A DNA stretch of 27,556 nt, from the NCBI GenBank assembly GCA_001794905.1, contig MGLW01000033.1:29031-56586 (forward strand). Reading direction: 5' to 3'. Below, piece after piece: positions 8,565 to 17,959 of the stretch; position 1 is the stretch's first letter, and every line of letters begins with the position of its first letter. A model generated the notes under the pieces. The model worked only from the letters and a program-made list of their open reading frames with translations, had not been told where the DNA came from and did no database searches. Both the position numbers and the translations under genes were made by a program. Source of the stretch: Chlamydiae bacterium RIFCSPHIGHO2_12_FULL_49_11 (lineage in GTDB: Bacteria > Chlamydiota > Chlamydiia > Chlamydiales > 2-12-FULL-49-11).

Positions 8565-9141
8565 CTACGTTCCGGATCCCTTTAAAGAGGGGAGAGCGGA
8601 ATCTGCTCACTTTCGCCCTCTAGCTGTTCCGTGTCAACAGCCCTTGCTGCGCGAGACCAATTGCACATCAATGCCGTTACAATCCCAAGCTTCCCCGCTA
8701 ATCCCGCGGCCGTAATGATACCGTATGCCATACCCCAAGGGGGATTTAATGGCGCCACAAAAACATTCGCGACGAGTATCCCGCACGTACCTATCCACAG
8801 ACCCTGACTAAGTCGTACAACCCATCCGATTTCCGAATAATGACGCAAAAGGTCGTGAACACACTGACGCACCTTTTCACTCGTTGCTTCATTTATCAAA
8901 GATTGTTCTGCTTCACTCGCAACTTTTTGCACCCCATTCGGGTGCATCGTTGCGGTAAACCAAGCGGCCAAACGATCCCGCGTAATCATTCGATACGGAT
9001 ATGTTACCGCAGCACCAACATTTCGTAAGCACCAACCCACTTATTCCTCCTTGATAAAATGAAAGAATGTTTTTAACAAAAAAGAAATTATATTTCAACT
9101 TAAACTATGCCACGAAAAGAGGCATGTATTTTGAAAAGCTT
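8565..9141 (-). repeat. Right arm of the inverted duplication (partner 2699-3263)
   Basis: The reverse complement matches the msbA tail, intergenic region, RBS and CDS of copy A, continuing past this copy's own stop to copy A's TAG equivalent (8565-8567). Confidence 0.93.
8582..9040 (-). CDS. Small membrane protein with a bilobed hydrophobic domain, Inc-like candidate, copy B (152 aa)
   Basis: RBS AAGGAGG, GTG start, and an ungapped paralogue of 2787-3263. Confidence 0.85.
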   Translation of the reverse strand: MGWCLRNVGAAVTYPYRMITRDRLAAWFTATMHPNGVQKVASEAEQSLINEATSEKVRQCVHDLLRHYSEIGWVVRLSQGLWIGTCGILVANVFVAPLNPPWGMAYGIITAAGLAGKLGIVTALMCNWSRAARAVDTEQLEGESEQIPLSPL

Positions 9142-9148
9142 CCACAGA

Positions 9149-9322
9149 GGCGGAAAGTGCGATTCTCGAGGTGAGATTGTCTAGATCCGGCGATGGCGCA
9201 AAGTGTGATTTTCGAAATGAAATTGTCTAGATCCGGCGGTTGAGCAAAGTGTGGTTCTCGAAATGAGATTGTCTAGGCCAGAGGCGCAAGGTGTGATTCT
9301 CGAGACGGCACTGTCTAGAGCC
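9149..9322. repeat. Degenerate tandem array of four ~46-bp units
   Basis: Units start at 9149, 9195, 9241 and 9283 (periods 46, 46, 42). Consensus is approximately GGCGCAAAGTGTGATTCTCGAAATGAGATTGTCTAGATCCGGCG. Confidence 0.92.
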
Positions 9323-10238
9323 AGCGGCGGCGCTGGAAGAAGAAAAAGGCGCCGATTAACATGATGACGATGAAACCGATGATGAAAAGGAATGCGTACG
9401 GACTGTGGGAGAAGGGAAGAGATATGTTCATTCCGTAAATGCTCGAGATGGTGGTGGGGAGATTGAGGATGATCGTGAGCGCGGTGAGGAGGCGGATCGT
9501 CTGGTTGAACTGGTTTGTGATCACGATCTGCACCGAATTGCGAAGCGAAGTGATGATGCGCAGGCTAAGGCGGCATAGGTCTTCGGCTTGGGCTGTCGTA
9601 TGCAGTAGGTCCTCTAACGACTCCTGGTCTTCTTCATTCAAAATGGTAAAGCGGCCGGTCAACATTTCTTCAATTACTTTTTTGAGGGGGAGGAGAGAGT
9701 TCAAACACTGGTTCAGGTTTTCTTCTTTTTTCGTGAGCTCGGTGATTTCAGCGTCCGAAACTTGGCTGATGTCTTTTTCCTGATTGATCACCTCGGCTCT
9801 GACGCGTTTGACGACTTTGTTGTACTCCTGGATGATGCGGATGAGGATGTGAATCAAAAATTTGGAGCGCATTTTGGTGGCAAGCTTCGACGGTTCATTG
9901 AGGATACGCTGCATCAGGGTAGAGGAAATGGGACAGATCGTTACAATGGATTCTTTTGCAAGGATGATGGTGAGCGGTGTTGTGTAAAGGCCAACTTCCT
10001 GCATGTAGGGATACCGTGTGTAAATCACGACGGCGTTGTTCTCGATCCGCTCAATGCGGGCAATTTCAAGCATATCAAGGGAATCCTTGAGATCTTCGGG
10101 ATCGACACGGATGATTTTTGAAATTTCTTTCAAATCCTGGAGAGTTGCCCCTTCACAATGAATCCAGCTGTCGACGATCGGCTCGGAAATTGCATGAAAC
10201 TGGGAATCGGACTCATTTTTTAAATAACTTTTATACAT
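9315..10238 (-). CDS. corA: CorA-family Mg2+/Co2+ transporter
   Basis: Large soluble N-terminal domain, two C-terminal TM helices separated by the YGMN signature, and a basic tail RRRWL. Confidence 0.92.
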   Translation of the reverse strand: MYKSYLKNESDSQFHAISEPIVDSWIHCEGATLQDLKEISKIIRVDPEDLKDSLDMLEIARIERIENNAVVIYTRYPYMQEVGLYTTPLTIILAKESIVTICPISSTLMQRILNEPSKLATKMRSKFLIHILIRIIQEYNKVVKRVRAEVINQEKDISQVSDAEITELTKKEENLNQCLNSLLPLKKVIEEMLTGRFTILNEEDQESLEDLLHTTAQAEDLCRLSLRIITSLRNSVQIVITNQFNQTIRLLTALTIILNLPTTISSIYGMNISLPFSHSPYAFLFIIGFIVIMLIGAFFFFQRRRWL

Positions 10239-10240
10239 AC

Positions 10241-11245
10241 CTATGCTCCTCTTCCCGTTTCTTGTAATTTACACAGGGCGTGATGCAGCTTCTGAAATTC
10301 GCGGAGGGGGACGGCAGGCGATCCGCGGTATATTCCCGCCACGGTCAGCGATTTGGAAACGCCGCTCTGTGCGGTGACGACGACGCCGTCGGCAATTTTT
10401 AGATGGCCGGCAAGGCCGGCTTGGCCTGCTAAAATCACGTTTTTTCCCACTTTGGTTGAGCCGGCAACCCCCACTTGAGCTACGACTAGTGTATTTTCGC
10501 CGACCTCTACATTGTGACCGATCATGCAAAGGTTGTCAATCTTAACCCCTTTACAAATGCGTGTCGGTTTAAAGCGGCCCCGATCAATCGTCGTGCCGGC
10601 GCCGATTTCAACATCGTCTTCGATCACGACCCCTCCGCGGTGGTCTATTTTTGCATGGGTTCCATTCTTTTCATCGGTGATGTAGCCGAAGCCGCAGGAG
10701 CCGATGACGGCCCCGGGCTGGAGGATCACACGGTCTTTGATGACAACCCCTTCGCGGATCGTGACATTGGGATGGATGGTGCACCCTTTGCCTATCATGG
10801 TGCCGGGTCCGATCGATACATTGGCTCCGACCACCGTTCTTTCGCCGATGGTGACAAAGCGATCGACCGTGGTATGGGGGCCGATGCAAACGGTATAATG
10901 GATTTGTGTTTCGGGATGGATGGTGGCGTCAGGATGGATGCCCGTGAAACCTGAGACCCATTTTTGCAGGAAGAGTTCAATGAGAATTTGGAATGTTTGC
11001 GAAGGGTGGGGAGAGATGAGATAATTTAGGCCGGGCACTCCGGCGTCTTCCTTCCTGGCACACACCACACCGGCACGCGTCTTTTTCATGAGGGGGGCGT
11101 ATTTTGCATTGGCAAGGAAAGAAGCGTCGCTCTCGGTAGCCGACTCCAGGTCGTCTACCCCGGTAATGAGATGCTCGGGGTTTCCTACAAGTGCCGCTCC
11201 CGTTTTACGGGCAAGCTCATCAAGAGTATAAGCGGCAGTTCCCAT
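10241..11245 (-). CDS. lpxD: UDP-3-O-(3-hydroxyacyl)glucosamine N-acyltransferase
   Basis: Hexapeptide repeats plus [19 protein letters not shown] and [12 protein letters not shown] motifs; downstream of skp. Confidence 0.96.
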   Translation of the reverse strand: MGTAAYTLDELARKTGAALVGNPEHLITGVDDLESATESDASFLANAKYAPLMKKTRAGVVCARKEDAGVPGLNYLISPHPSQTFQILIELFLQKWVSGFTGIHPDATIHPETQIHYTVCIGPHTTVDRFVTIGERTVVGANVSIGPGTMIGKGCTIHPNVTIREGVVIKDRVILQPGAVIGSCGFGYITDEKNGTHAKIDHRGGVVIEDDVEIGAGTTIDRGRFKPTRICKGVKIDNLCMIGHNVEVGENTLVVAQVGVAGSTKVGKNVILAGQAGLAGHLKIADGVVVTAQSGVSKSLTVAGIYRGSPAVPLREFQKLHHALCKLQETGRGA

Positions 11246-11266
11246 TTTTAACCTCGAGTTATGCGA

Positions 11267-11824
11267 TTACTTCTTGTCCCCCTTGGCAGAATTTGCGTCG
11301 TAATTCTGGTTCATTTGGACAATCACTTCGTCGGTGACATCCAAGGACGGAGCAAAGAAGAAGGCGACATCTTTATTCAAGACCACTTCCAGACTGTGTT
11401 TTTTAGCAACCTGATCGGAGGCTTTCTGGATCTGGCTCATGATTTTTTGTACAATTTGCATGTTAGCCTGCTGTAAAATCTGAGAGTATTGTGCTTGGTA
11501 GCGACCCATCTCATCATTCAGTGACTTCAATTTTGCATGCAGTTCCTTTTCCGCTTCGGGAGAAAGGGAATCAAGAATTTCTTGATTACTGAGTTTATTT
11601 TGCGTTTCGCCGAGCTGTTTTTCTAGGTCTTCCAAGGTTTTATTCAGCTGGGTCCGGACATTTTCAAAATTTGTTTGTTCCTGCTTTCCGTAGGTGCTGT
11701 CCGTGATGCATTTGGTAAAATTTACAATCCCGATGGAGGCTTTTTCGGGGAGGGCGGCGGCAAAAGAGGGGGAAGTGCCAATCAAAGCAAGGGCAGATAA
11801 GGTTAATAGACTCAATCGTTTCAT
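11267..11824 (-). CDS. skp: OmpH/Skp periplasmic chaperone
   Basis: Signal peptide, IGIVNF, a long coiled coil and a C-terminal DVTDEVI motif; lies between bamA and lpxD; RBS AAGGAG. Confidence 0.9.
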   Translation of the reverse strand: MKRLSLLTLSALALIGTSPSFAAALPEKASIGIVNFTKCITDSTYGKQEQTNFENVRTQLNKTLEDLEKQLGETQNKLSNQEILDSLSPEAEKELHAKLKSLNDEMGRYQAQYSQILQQANMQIVQKIMSQIQKASDQVAKKHSLEVVLNKDVAFFFAPSLDVTDEVIVQMNQNYDANSAKGDKK

Positions 11825-11884
11825 GACGATCTCCTTTTGTTAAATGTTGTATACAGCGTACCGCGCTTTCCCTTTTATGTCACC

Positions 11885-14251
11885 CTAGAATTCACCGGCC
11901 ATGCTAAAGAAGAGCCGCTGTACCTGACTACTACTATCGGGGTTGAGCGGAAAGCCCACACCGACGACAAACGGCAAGCGTTGTCCATAATTGAGTCTGA
12001 GGCCAAGGCCAACGCTCTGGTAAATTTTCGGGACATTCCAGGATTTATTTGTCACGCTACCGAGGTCAAAGAACCCAAAGAGGTCGATCGGTTTGAGCAG
12101 GTTATATTGGTATTCGAAAGACATGAAGGTAGAAGAGATACCTCCGGTTGGTTCATCGGGGCCGTACTCGGGACCAACAAAGCCAGGACGGAATCCTCGC
12201 ATGTTCGACTCGCCGCCCAAGAAAAACTTTTCACTGAGAGGCATTGCCTGCGCCGATCCGACCCATAGGGGCTGGATGAAACGGAGCTCAGTTTTCCATT
12301 TAAAGGTGCTTTTCAGTGTGACGGGGAAGTAGAAGTGATAGTTATAGAGGAAGCGGAGGAAGGGGAAGTTGGAAAGACGTGAGTCGTTCCGGACAAGGCC
12401 TGCAAATTCGGTTTCGAACGTGGAGCGCATCCCGCGGTGAGCGCGGAAGGGGCTATCGGTCGTATCGTAGTTGAGGATGAGTCCTACTCCGGAAGTGACA
12501 CCGCTGTTTAGAGCTTGGTCTAGAGCGGGGGGAGGGGAGCCGGGTTGGATCGAGATGAGGGCGTCTTTAACGCGGAACTTGTAACCGTAGCTGAAGTATG
12601 GGGTGAGCGGGTAAGTAAGTCCCAGAGCGGTGCCGAAGGTGTGCACTTTGTAGTCGGGGATGGTGCGGTTGAAGTTGTAGTTGAGGTCGGTCGAGAATCT
12701 CCACAATGAGTCGTTAAAATACGGATTAAGCCACGACACGTTGACGCCGCTATCGCGCGAACCGATCTGGCCGCGGATTTGCAAGAACTGGCCGCCGCCG
12801 CGCAGTGCTGCCGGGCCGCTCGTGAACATCTCCTTGACCCCTGCGATGTTGAAGTTGTTTTCGGAGAGCTCTACACCCCCGAATACTTTTTCGGTCGAGT
12901 TGAATCCGGCAAAGGCGTTGACGTGGGCCGTCTTTGATTCGCTCACTTCAACGACCACATCGCGGTACTCAGGGCCTGCATGGTCCATATCTTCATGCTT
13001 GACCGTATATACGTTGACGTTTTGGAAAAGGCCGGTTGACTGCAAGCGCCGTTGGGTGCTTTTTAGCTTGCGCGAATCGAACACTTCGCCGGGAGTCAGG
13101 TCGAGATTATTGTAGATGACGTTTTTGTTGGTGCTGTAGTTGCCGCTCACGCGGATGAGGCCGATGCGGTACTTTTCCGACTCTTCGATCGTGAAGTTGA
13201 TGTTGTATTCGGCTTTATCGGGAACGACATCGAGGGTGTAATTGACGACCGTATCGAGATACCCTTCCTGGGAATAGAGATCTTGGATAGTTTCCTGGGA
13301 GGCGCGGATTTTGTCGATGGAAAAAGTGTCTCCCGTTTTGAGGGGGATGGAGCGATCGAGTTCGTCGGTCGTTTTCAATTTTTCACCGGAAAAGGAAATG
13401 GAATTGATGTGGTATAACGTTCCGCGGTGCAGAGTGATGACCATCACAAGCCCTTTACGGGGGCGAGGCACATCGAGCGGCATGGGAACGAATGTGATTT
13501 CGACGTAAGCGTCGGCATACCCTTCATTTTGGATGTAATTGATGATGACTTGCTGGTCGCTTTCAACGATCGGATCGCGTGCCACACCGGCGCCTGTGAA
13601 CCAGTAAGCGATGGGGTTGTAGGTAGAGCTGTGGAGAAGCTTTAATACCTCTTTTTTTTCTTTGGGGGTGAAGTTGACGAGGTCAATTTTTTGGATGAAC
13701 GCCTTTTGCCCTTCGGAGATGCGGATGATGAGGGTAACTTCGTTGGTGGTGGGGTCGTTTTCAAGTTGGGTGTTCACGGTGGCTTTGAGGTAGCCGTGCT
13801 TGATATAAAAATCACGCAGCTTATTGATGGACTCGTACAGGTCGTCGCGTTCGAGGGTTTGACCTAGCTTGAGGCCGGCTTCACCGAGCAGTTTTTTCCG
13901 CGTGAATTGCTTGTTTCCTGCAATTTCGATGCGGATGATTTTGGGTTTGGGCCTTACCAGAAGCGTGATGTACACTTTGCCGTCATCGACGCGGAGGGTT
14001 GGTTCTACCCAGTCGTATTGCTTGGAGAGGTTCTTCAAATCAACGTCGAAAATTTCCTCGTCAAAAGGTTCTCCCGTTTTTGTTTGCATTTCGTGGAGGA
14101 TCTTGAATTTGGTGTCTTTTTCACCAGAAACCTGTTTTTCAACCTGGATTTGGATTCCGCCCACGTTTCTGCCTTCAAAACTTTCATAGGCGAAAAGATG
14201 GACATTCAATGCAACAGCTGCAAGACAACTTAGGAAGAATTTTTTACTCAT
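11885..14251 (-). CDS. bamA: Outer membrane protein assembly factor BamA (Omp85/YaeT)
   Basis: Signal peptide, POTRA-like repeats (FYIKHGY, YSQEGY, LQSTGLF), loop-6 motif FLGGESNMRGF and a C-terminal Phe. Confidence 0.95.
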   Translation of the reverse strand: MSKKFFLSCLAAVALNVHLFAYESFEGRNVGGIQIQVEKQVSGEKDTKFKILHEMQTKTGEPFDEEIFDVDLKNLSKQYDWVEPTLRVDDGKVYITLLVRPKPKIIRIEIAGNKQFTRKKLLGEAGLKLGQTLERDDLYESINKLRDFYIKHGYLKATVNTQLENDPTTNEVTLIIRISEGQKAFIQKIDLVNFTPKEKKEVLKLLHSSTYNPIAYWFTGAGVARDPIVESDQQVIINYIQNEGYADAYVEITFVPMPLDVPRPRKGLVMVITLHRGTLYHINSISFSGEKLKTTDELDRSIPLKTGDTFSIDKIRASQETIQDLYSQEGYLDTVVNYTLDVVPDKAEYNINFTIEESEKYRIGLIRVSGNYSTNKNVIYNNLDLTPGEVFDSRKLKSTQRRLQSTGLFQNVNVYTVKHEDMDHAGPEYRDVVVEVSESKTAHVNAFAGFNSTEKVFGGVELSENNFNIAGVKEMFTSGPAALRGGGQFLQIRGQIGSRDSGVNVSWLNPYFNDSLWRFSTDLNYNFNRTIPDYKVHTFGTALGLTYPLTPYFSYGYKFRVKDALISIQPGSPPPALDQALNSGVTSGVGLILNYDTTDSPFRAHRGMRSTFETEFAGLVRNDSRLSNFPFLRFLYNYHFYFPVTLKSTFKWKTELRFIQPLWVGSAQAMPLSEKFFLGGESNMRGFRPGFVGPEYGPDEPTGGISSTFMSFEYQYNLLKPIDLFGFFDLGSVTNKSWNVPKIYQSVGLGLRLNYGQRLPFVVGVGFPLNPDSSSQVQRLFFSMAGEF

Positions 14252-14305
14252 GAGACCGACGACTTAAAAATTTACGATTGTTCCATGATATAACAATCCT
14301 CAAAA

Positions 14306-14920
14306 TTATGTCAACACCTGGCGACCGGATAAGGCCTGATGCAATGTTTGACTGTCAAAATAGTGGATATTGCTCCCGATCGGAATGCCGTAAGCAAGCC
14401 TTGTCACTTTTACTCCGCGCGGCCTTAACAAATTCTGAAAATACAAAGCGGTGGCGTCCCCTTCCAAGGTTGTATCAAGTGCCAGAATCACTTCCTTGAC
14501 GGGAAGTTTTTCAAGCCGGCCGAGGAGTCTTTGGATATTTTCGCTCGCGATGTCTTTTTCCTCGAACGGGGAGAAAAGGTTTGGAAGGACGTGGTAAAGG
14601 CCTTTGAAAGCTCGTGATTCTTCGATGAGAAAAGGGTCTTTTATGTGGGAGACGATGCACAGAATTTCTTCGTTTCGCGTGACCGGATCACAGAAGGGGC
14701 AAGAAGCGCCCGCTTCTTTAATGCAAGAGCAGGCGTCGCACCGTGTCAATTTGTTTTTGACAGCTCGGACGGCTTCCGCTAAAAATTCGGTTTCCTGGGT
14801 CGACCACTCAAATAGCTCAAATGCATAACGTTCGGCGGTCTTTTGCCCGACGCTCGACAATTTCCGAAAGGAAGAAACGAGATTCTTTAATGTCTTCGGC
14901 AATATGCGCATGAGGGTCAT
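14306..14920 (-). CDS. recR: Recombination mediator RecR
   Basis: HhH motif VGQKTAERYAF, C4 zinc finger CDAC..CPFC, YHVL, Toprim EGDATA and RLAYGIPIG. Start is 14920 or 14911. Confidence 0.95.
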   Translation of the reverse strand: MTLMRILPKTLKNLVSSFRKLSSVGQKTAERYAFELFEWSTQETEFLAEAVRAVKNKLTRCDACSCIKEAGASCPFCDPVTRNEEILCIVSHIKDPFLIEESRAFKGLYHVLPNLFSPFEEKDIASENIQRLLGRLEKLPVKEVILALDTTLEGDATALYFQNLLRPRGVKVTRLAYGIPIGSNIHYFDSQTLHQALSGRQVLT

Positions 14921-14999
14921 GATACCAAACTACGATTTTATTCCTTCCTTTTTTCCAAAAAATCAATTAAAATTACTCAGATTTAACTGATGTCTTCGA

Positions 15000-16001
15000 A
15001 TGAAACAACGTAGAGCAAAAATTTTAGCGGTTGAGAGTTACTTGCCCAAGAAAATTCTGACCAATGACGACATGGCGGTCATGGTCGATACGTCGGACGA
15101 TTGGATCGTATCCCGTGTCGGAATTAAACAGAGGCATATCGCTGCGGAAGGCGAATTCACCTCTACGATGGGGGTTCGGGCGGCTCAAAAAATTCTTGAT
15201 AAGACAGGGATTGATCCGGCATCGATCGATATGGTGATCGTGACAACACTTTCTCCCGACTACCTATTCCCTTCGACGGCATGTCTAATCCAGAGCGAAC
15301 TGGGGCTCACAAATGCGGCCGCATTTGATCTTCAGGCTGCCTGCTCGGGGCTTGTCTATGGCCTGGCGACCGCAAAAGCTTTTATTGAATCGGGCCAGGC
15401 ATCGAATATTTTACTGATAGCAAGTGAAAAATTGTCTGCCTTTGTCGATTATACCGACAGGAACACCTGTATCCTTTTCGGAGACGGGGCTTCGGCAGTT
15501 CTGGTGACCGAAGGTTCCGGCATTTTCACGATCGGGGAGTTCGTTCTTGGCGCAGACGGTACATGCCGAGACCTCTTGTGCCTTCCCGGCGGCGGTGCGC
15601 GCAATCCTGCAAGTCATGAGACGGTCGATCAAAAAAAACATTTTATCAAGATGGAAGGACGCGAAGTATTCAAACATGCGGTGCGCCGGATGGAAGAAGC
15701 GATGGAAGCCTGTCTGAAGAAGGCGGGACTCGAAAGCGGAGATATTTCGTATCTGGTACCCCACCAGGCAAATTTGCGGATCATCGAAGCACTCCGAAAG
15801 CGGTTCCAAATCAGCCCCGAAAGAGTGATTGTGACAGTGGATCTCTACGCGAACACATCGGCATCTTCGATCGGAATTGCGCTGGAACATTTGATGCACA
15901 ATCACCCCCTTGCTCTGCATGACAAAGTTCTCCTTGCCGTTTTCGGCTCGGGATTTACTTTCGGCTCGATGGTGCTGGAAGTTACCGGAGAGGTGAAATG
16001 A
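15000..16001 (+). CDS. fabH: 3-oxoacyl-ACP synthase III
   Basis: DTSDDWI motif, catalytic triad motifs AACSG / PHQAN / NTS, and LFGDGA. Confidence 0.96.
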   Translation: MKQRRAKILAVESYLPKKILTNDDMAVMVDTSDDWIVSRVGIKQRHIAAEGEFTSTMGVRAAQKILDKTGIDPASIDMVIVTTLSPDYLFPSTACLIQSELGLTNAAAFDLQAACSGLVYGLATAKAFIESGQASNILLIASEKLSAFVDYTDRNTCILFGDGASAVLVTEGSGIFTIGEFVLGADGTCRDLLCLPGGGARNPASHETVDQKKHFIKMEGREVFKHAVRRMEEAMEACLKKAGLESGDISYLVPHQANLRIIEALRKRFQISPERVIVTVDLYANTSASSIGIALEHLMHNHPLALHDKVLLAVFGSGFTFGSMVLEVTGEVK

Positions 16002-16915
16002 AACGGAAAGCGGCGTTTATTTTTCCCGGACAGGGAGCTCAATACATCGGAATGGGAAAAGATTTTTTCGAAGGGACAAGAGAGGCGCGCTCCACGTTTG
16101 AGGAGGCAAACGACATTTTGTCGTATTCCATTACCGACCTGATTTTTTCGGGATCGGAAGAAGAATTGATGCTGACAAAGAATGCACAGCCGGCCATTTT
16201 TGTGACTTCGGTGGCGATCATGCGGGCAGTGCAAGCCAGGATGCCGGATCTGACCCCGGTTTGTGCCAGCGGCCTCAGTTTGGGCGAATATTCGGCTCTC
16301 TACGCCGCCCAAAAAATCTCGTTTAAGGAGTGCCTCGAACTGGTGCGCTGGCGGGGATCTTTCATGCACGAAGCGTCGGTCCGGCATCCGGGGACAATGC
16401 TTGCCGTGCTCGGTCTTTCTGAAGAGGAAATTGCGTCGGCCGGATTTTTCATTGCCAATGTGAATACGCCGGGACAAATCGTGATTGCCGGAACTCTCGA
16501 AGATATGGCACGAGCAAGAGAGGTGCTGTCCTTGCGCGAAGGAGTCCGTGTGATCCCCCTCAAAGTTGCAGGAGCATTCCACTCGCCGCTCATGGGATAT
16601 GCGAAAGAGAGACTTCTTCCCATGATTGAAAAAACGTCGATCGAAAAAAGCCCCATAGACCTTGTGATGAATGTGGTTGGGACCGTTGTAGAAGAAGTGG
16701 GCGAGATGAAAAAGAATTTGACCGATCAGGTGGTTTCGACGACAAGATGGGTCGAATGCGTAAAAACGCTCATGCAAAAAACCGATACTTTCATCGAATT
16801 CGGGCCAAGCCAGGTGAGCGGGATGGTGCGGAAAATCGGCGTGCCGAAGGAAAAGTTGCATTCAATTTCCACCTTGCGTGAATTAGAGGAGATGTATGAC
16901 ACAATTTCAAGATAA
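15998..16915 (+). CDS. fabD: Malonyl-CoA:ACP transacylase
   Basis: FPGQGAQ, AQPAI, GLSLGEY and GAFHSPLM motifs; ATGA overlap with fabH. Confidence 0.96.
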   Translation: MKRKAAFIFPGQGAQYIGMGKDFFEGTREARSTFEEANDILSYSITDLIFSGSEEELMLTKNAQPAIFVTSVAIMRAVQARMPDLTPVCASGLSLGEYSALYAAQKISFKECLELVRWRGSFMHEASVRHPGTMLAVLGLSEEEIASAGFFIANVNTPGQIVIAGTLEDMARAREVLSLREGVRVIPLKVAGAFHSPLMGYAKERLLPMIEKTSIEKSPIDLVMNVVGTVVEEVGEMKKNLTDQVVSTTRWVECVKTLMQKTDTFIEFGPSQVSGMVRKIGVPKEKLHSISTLRELEEMYDTISR

Positions 16916-17630
16916 AAAAGTGCTCGTCACAGGCGGAACGCGGGGAATTGGACTTGCGATCGCGCTCGCTTTTGCCGCTAAGGGTGCTACCGTGCACGTT
17001 TGGGGAAAAAGTGAATCGAACGGAAAGAGTGCCAAAGAAAGGGTCGATGCGGCGGGGAGAAAGCCGGCAACGTTTCGCGTGGTAGACGTTTCTTCCTTTG
17101 CAGGTGTTCAGGCAGCACTGGAGGCTGAAGCGGGGTTTGATATCTTGGTCAATGCGGCCGGCATCACACGCGATAAGCTACTTCTCGGCATGAAAGAGGA
17201 AGATTTCGACGCAGTGGTCGGGACGAACCTCAAGTCGGTCTTCAACACTTCAAATCTTCTCATGAAACACATGATAAAAAAACGCTGGGGGCGTATCATC
17301 AACATAAGTTCGGTTTTAGGGGTTATGGGAAGTGCCGGTCAATCCAATTATTGCGCATCAAAGTTCGGAGTGATCGGGTTTTCCCGTGCCCTCGCAAAAG
17401 AGATCGCGAGCAGAAACGTGACGGTGAACGTGATCGCTCCCGGATTTATCGATACCGACATGACACGGAGCCTGAACGAAGAGCAGCGGGATGCGATCCT
17501 CAAACAGATTCCTGCCAAAGCTCTCGGTGCAGCCGAGGACATCGCACATGCCGCTTTATTTCTTGCTTCGGATGAAGCAAAATACATTACCGGAAATACC
17601 CTCATCATCGACGGGGGAATGACCGCATAA
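16896..17630 (+). CDS. fabG: 3-oxoacyl-ACP reductase
   Basis: [21 protein letters not shown] and PGFIDTDMT motifs; RBS AGAGGAG. Confidence 0.96.
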   Translation: MTQFQDKKVLVTGGTRGIGLAIALAFAAKGATVHVWGKSESNGKSAKERVDAAGRKPATFRVVDVSSFAGVQAALEAEAGFDILVNAAGITRDKLLLGMKEEDFDAVVGTNLKSVFNTSNLLMKHMIKKRWGRIINISSVLGVMGSAGQSNYCASKFGVIGFSRALAKEIASRNVTVNVIAPGFIDTDMTRSLNEEQRDAILKQIPAKALGAAEDIAHAALFLASDEAKYITGNTLIIDGGMTA

Positions 17631-17664
17631 ATTTTTCACTCACAAAACCAAAATAGGAAAAAAA

Positions 17665-17913
17665 ATGAGCGATATACAAAAAGAAATCGTAGAAATCATT
17701 GTCGATCAGCTTGGGGTTGAAGAAAGCGAAGTTTCTCCCGAGAAATCGTTTGTGGAAGACCTCAACGCCGACTCATTGGACCAAACCGAGCTCATCATGG
17801 CTTTGGAAGAGAAAATGGGCGTGGAAATCTCGGAAAAGGACGCTACCGGCCTTAAGACCGTCGGCGACGTCATCACTTTCATCGAGAAGAAAAAATCGGA
17901 AATTGAAGCGTAA
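17665..17913 (+). CDS. acpP: Acyl carrier protein
   Basis: Acidic 82-aa protein with the phosphopantetheine attachment site DLNADSLD; follows fabG. Confidence 0.97.
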   Translation: MSDIQKEIVEIIVDQLGVEESEVSPEKSFVEDLNADSLDQTELIMALEEKMGVEISEKDATGLKTVGDVITFIEKKKSEIEA

Positions 17914-17918
17914 TATAA

Positions 17919-17942
17919 TGGACCTGCCCTCGTGCAGGTCCA
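17919..17942 (+). terminator. GC-rich hairpin TGGACCTGC-cctcgt-GCAGGTCCA after acpP (leaky terminator or mRNA stabiliser)
   Basis: Perfect 9-bp stem followed by CCACTTTT and then the bioY RBS. Confidence 0.6.
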
Positions 17943-17959
17943 CCACTTTTGGAGGAAAT

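Noticed and set aside
2699-9141. Composite transposon or prophage bounded by the inverted arms
   Set aside because: The arms encode membrane proteins rather than transposases, there is no integrase or evident target-site duplication, and the cargo is mostly housekeeping.
9149-9322. CRISPR array interpretation of the 46-bp repeats
   Set aside because: The linkers are only ~12-16 bp and resemble each other, the repeats are degenerate, and there are no cas genes in the window.
15902-16861. 319-aa antisense ORF over fabD
   Set aside because: Shadow frame of a well-supported gene, with no recognisable motifs.
17699-17959. Open +1 frame across acpP into bioY (possible extension or ACP-BioY frameshift fusion)
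   Set aside because: bioY has its own GGAGG-ATG at 17951-17962, the extension looks like off-frame ACP sequence, and a hairpin intervenes.
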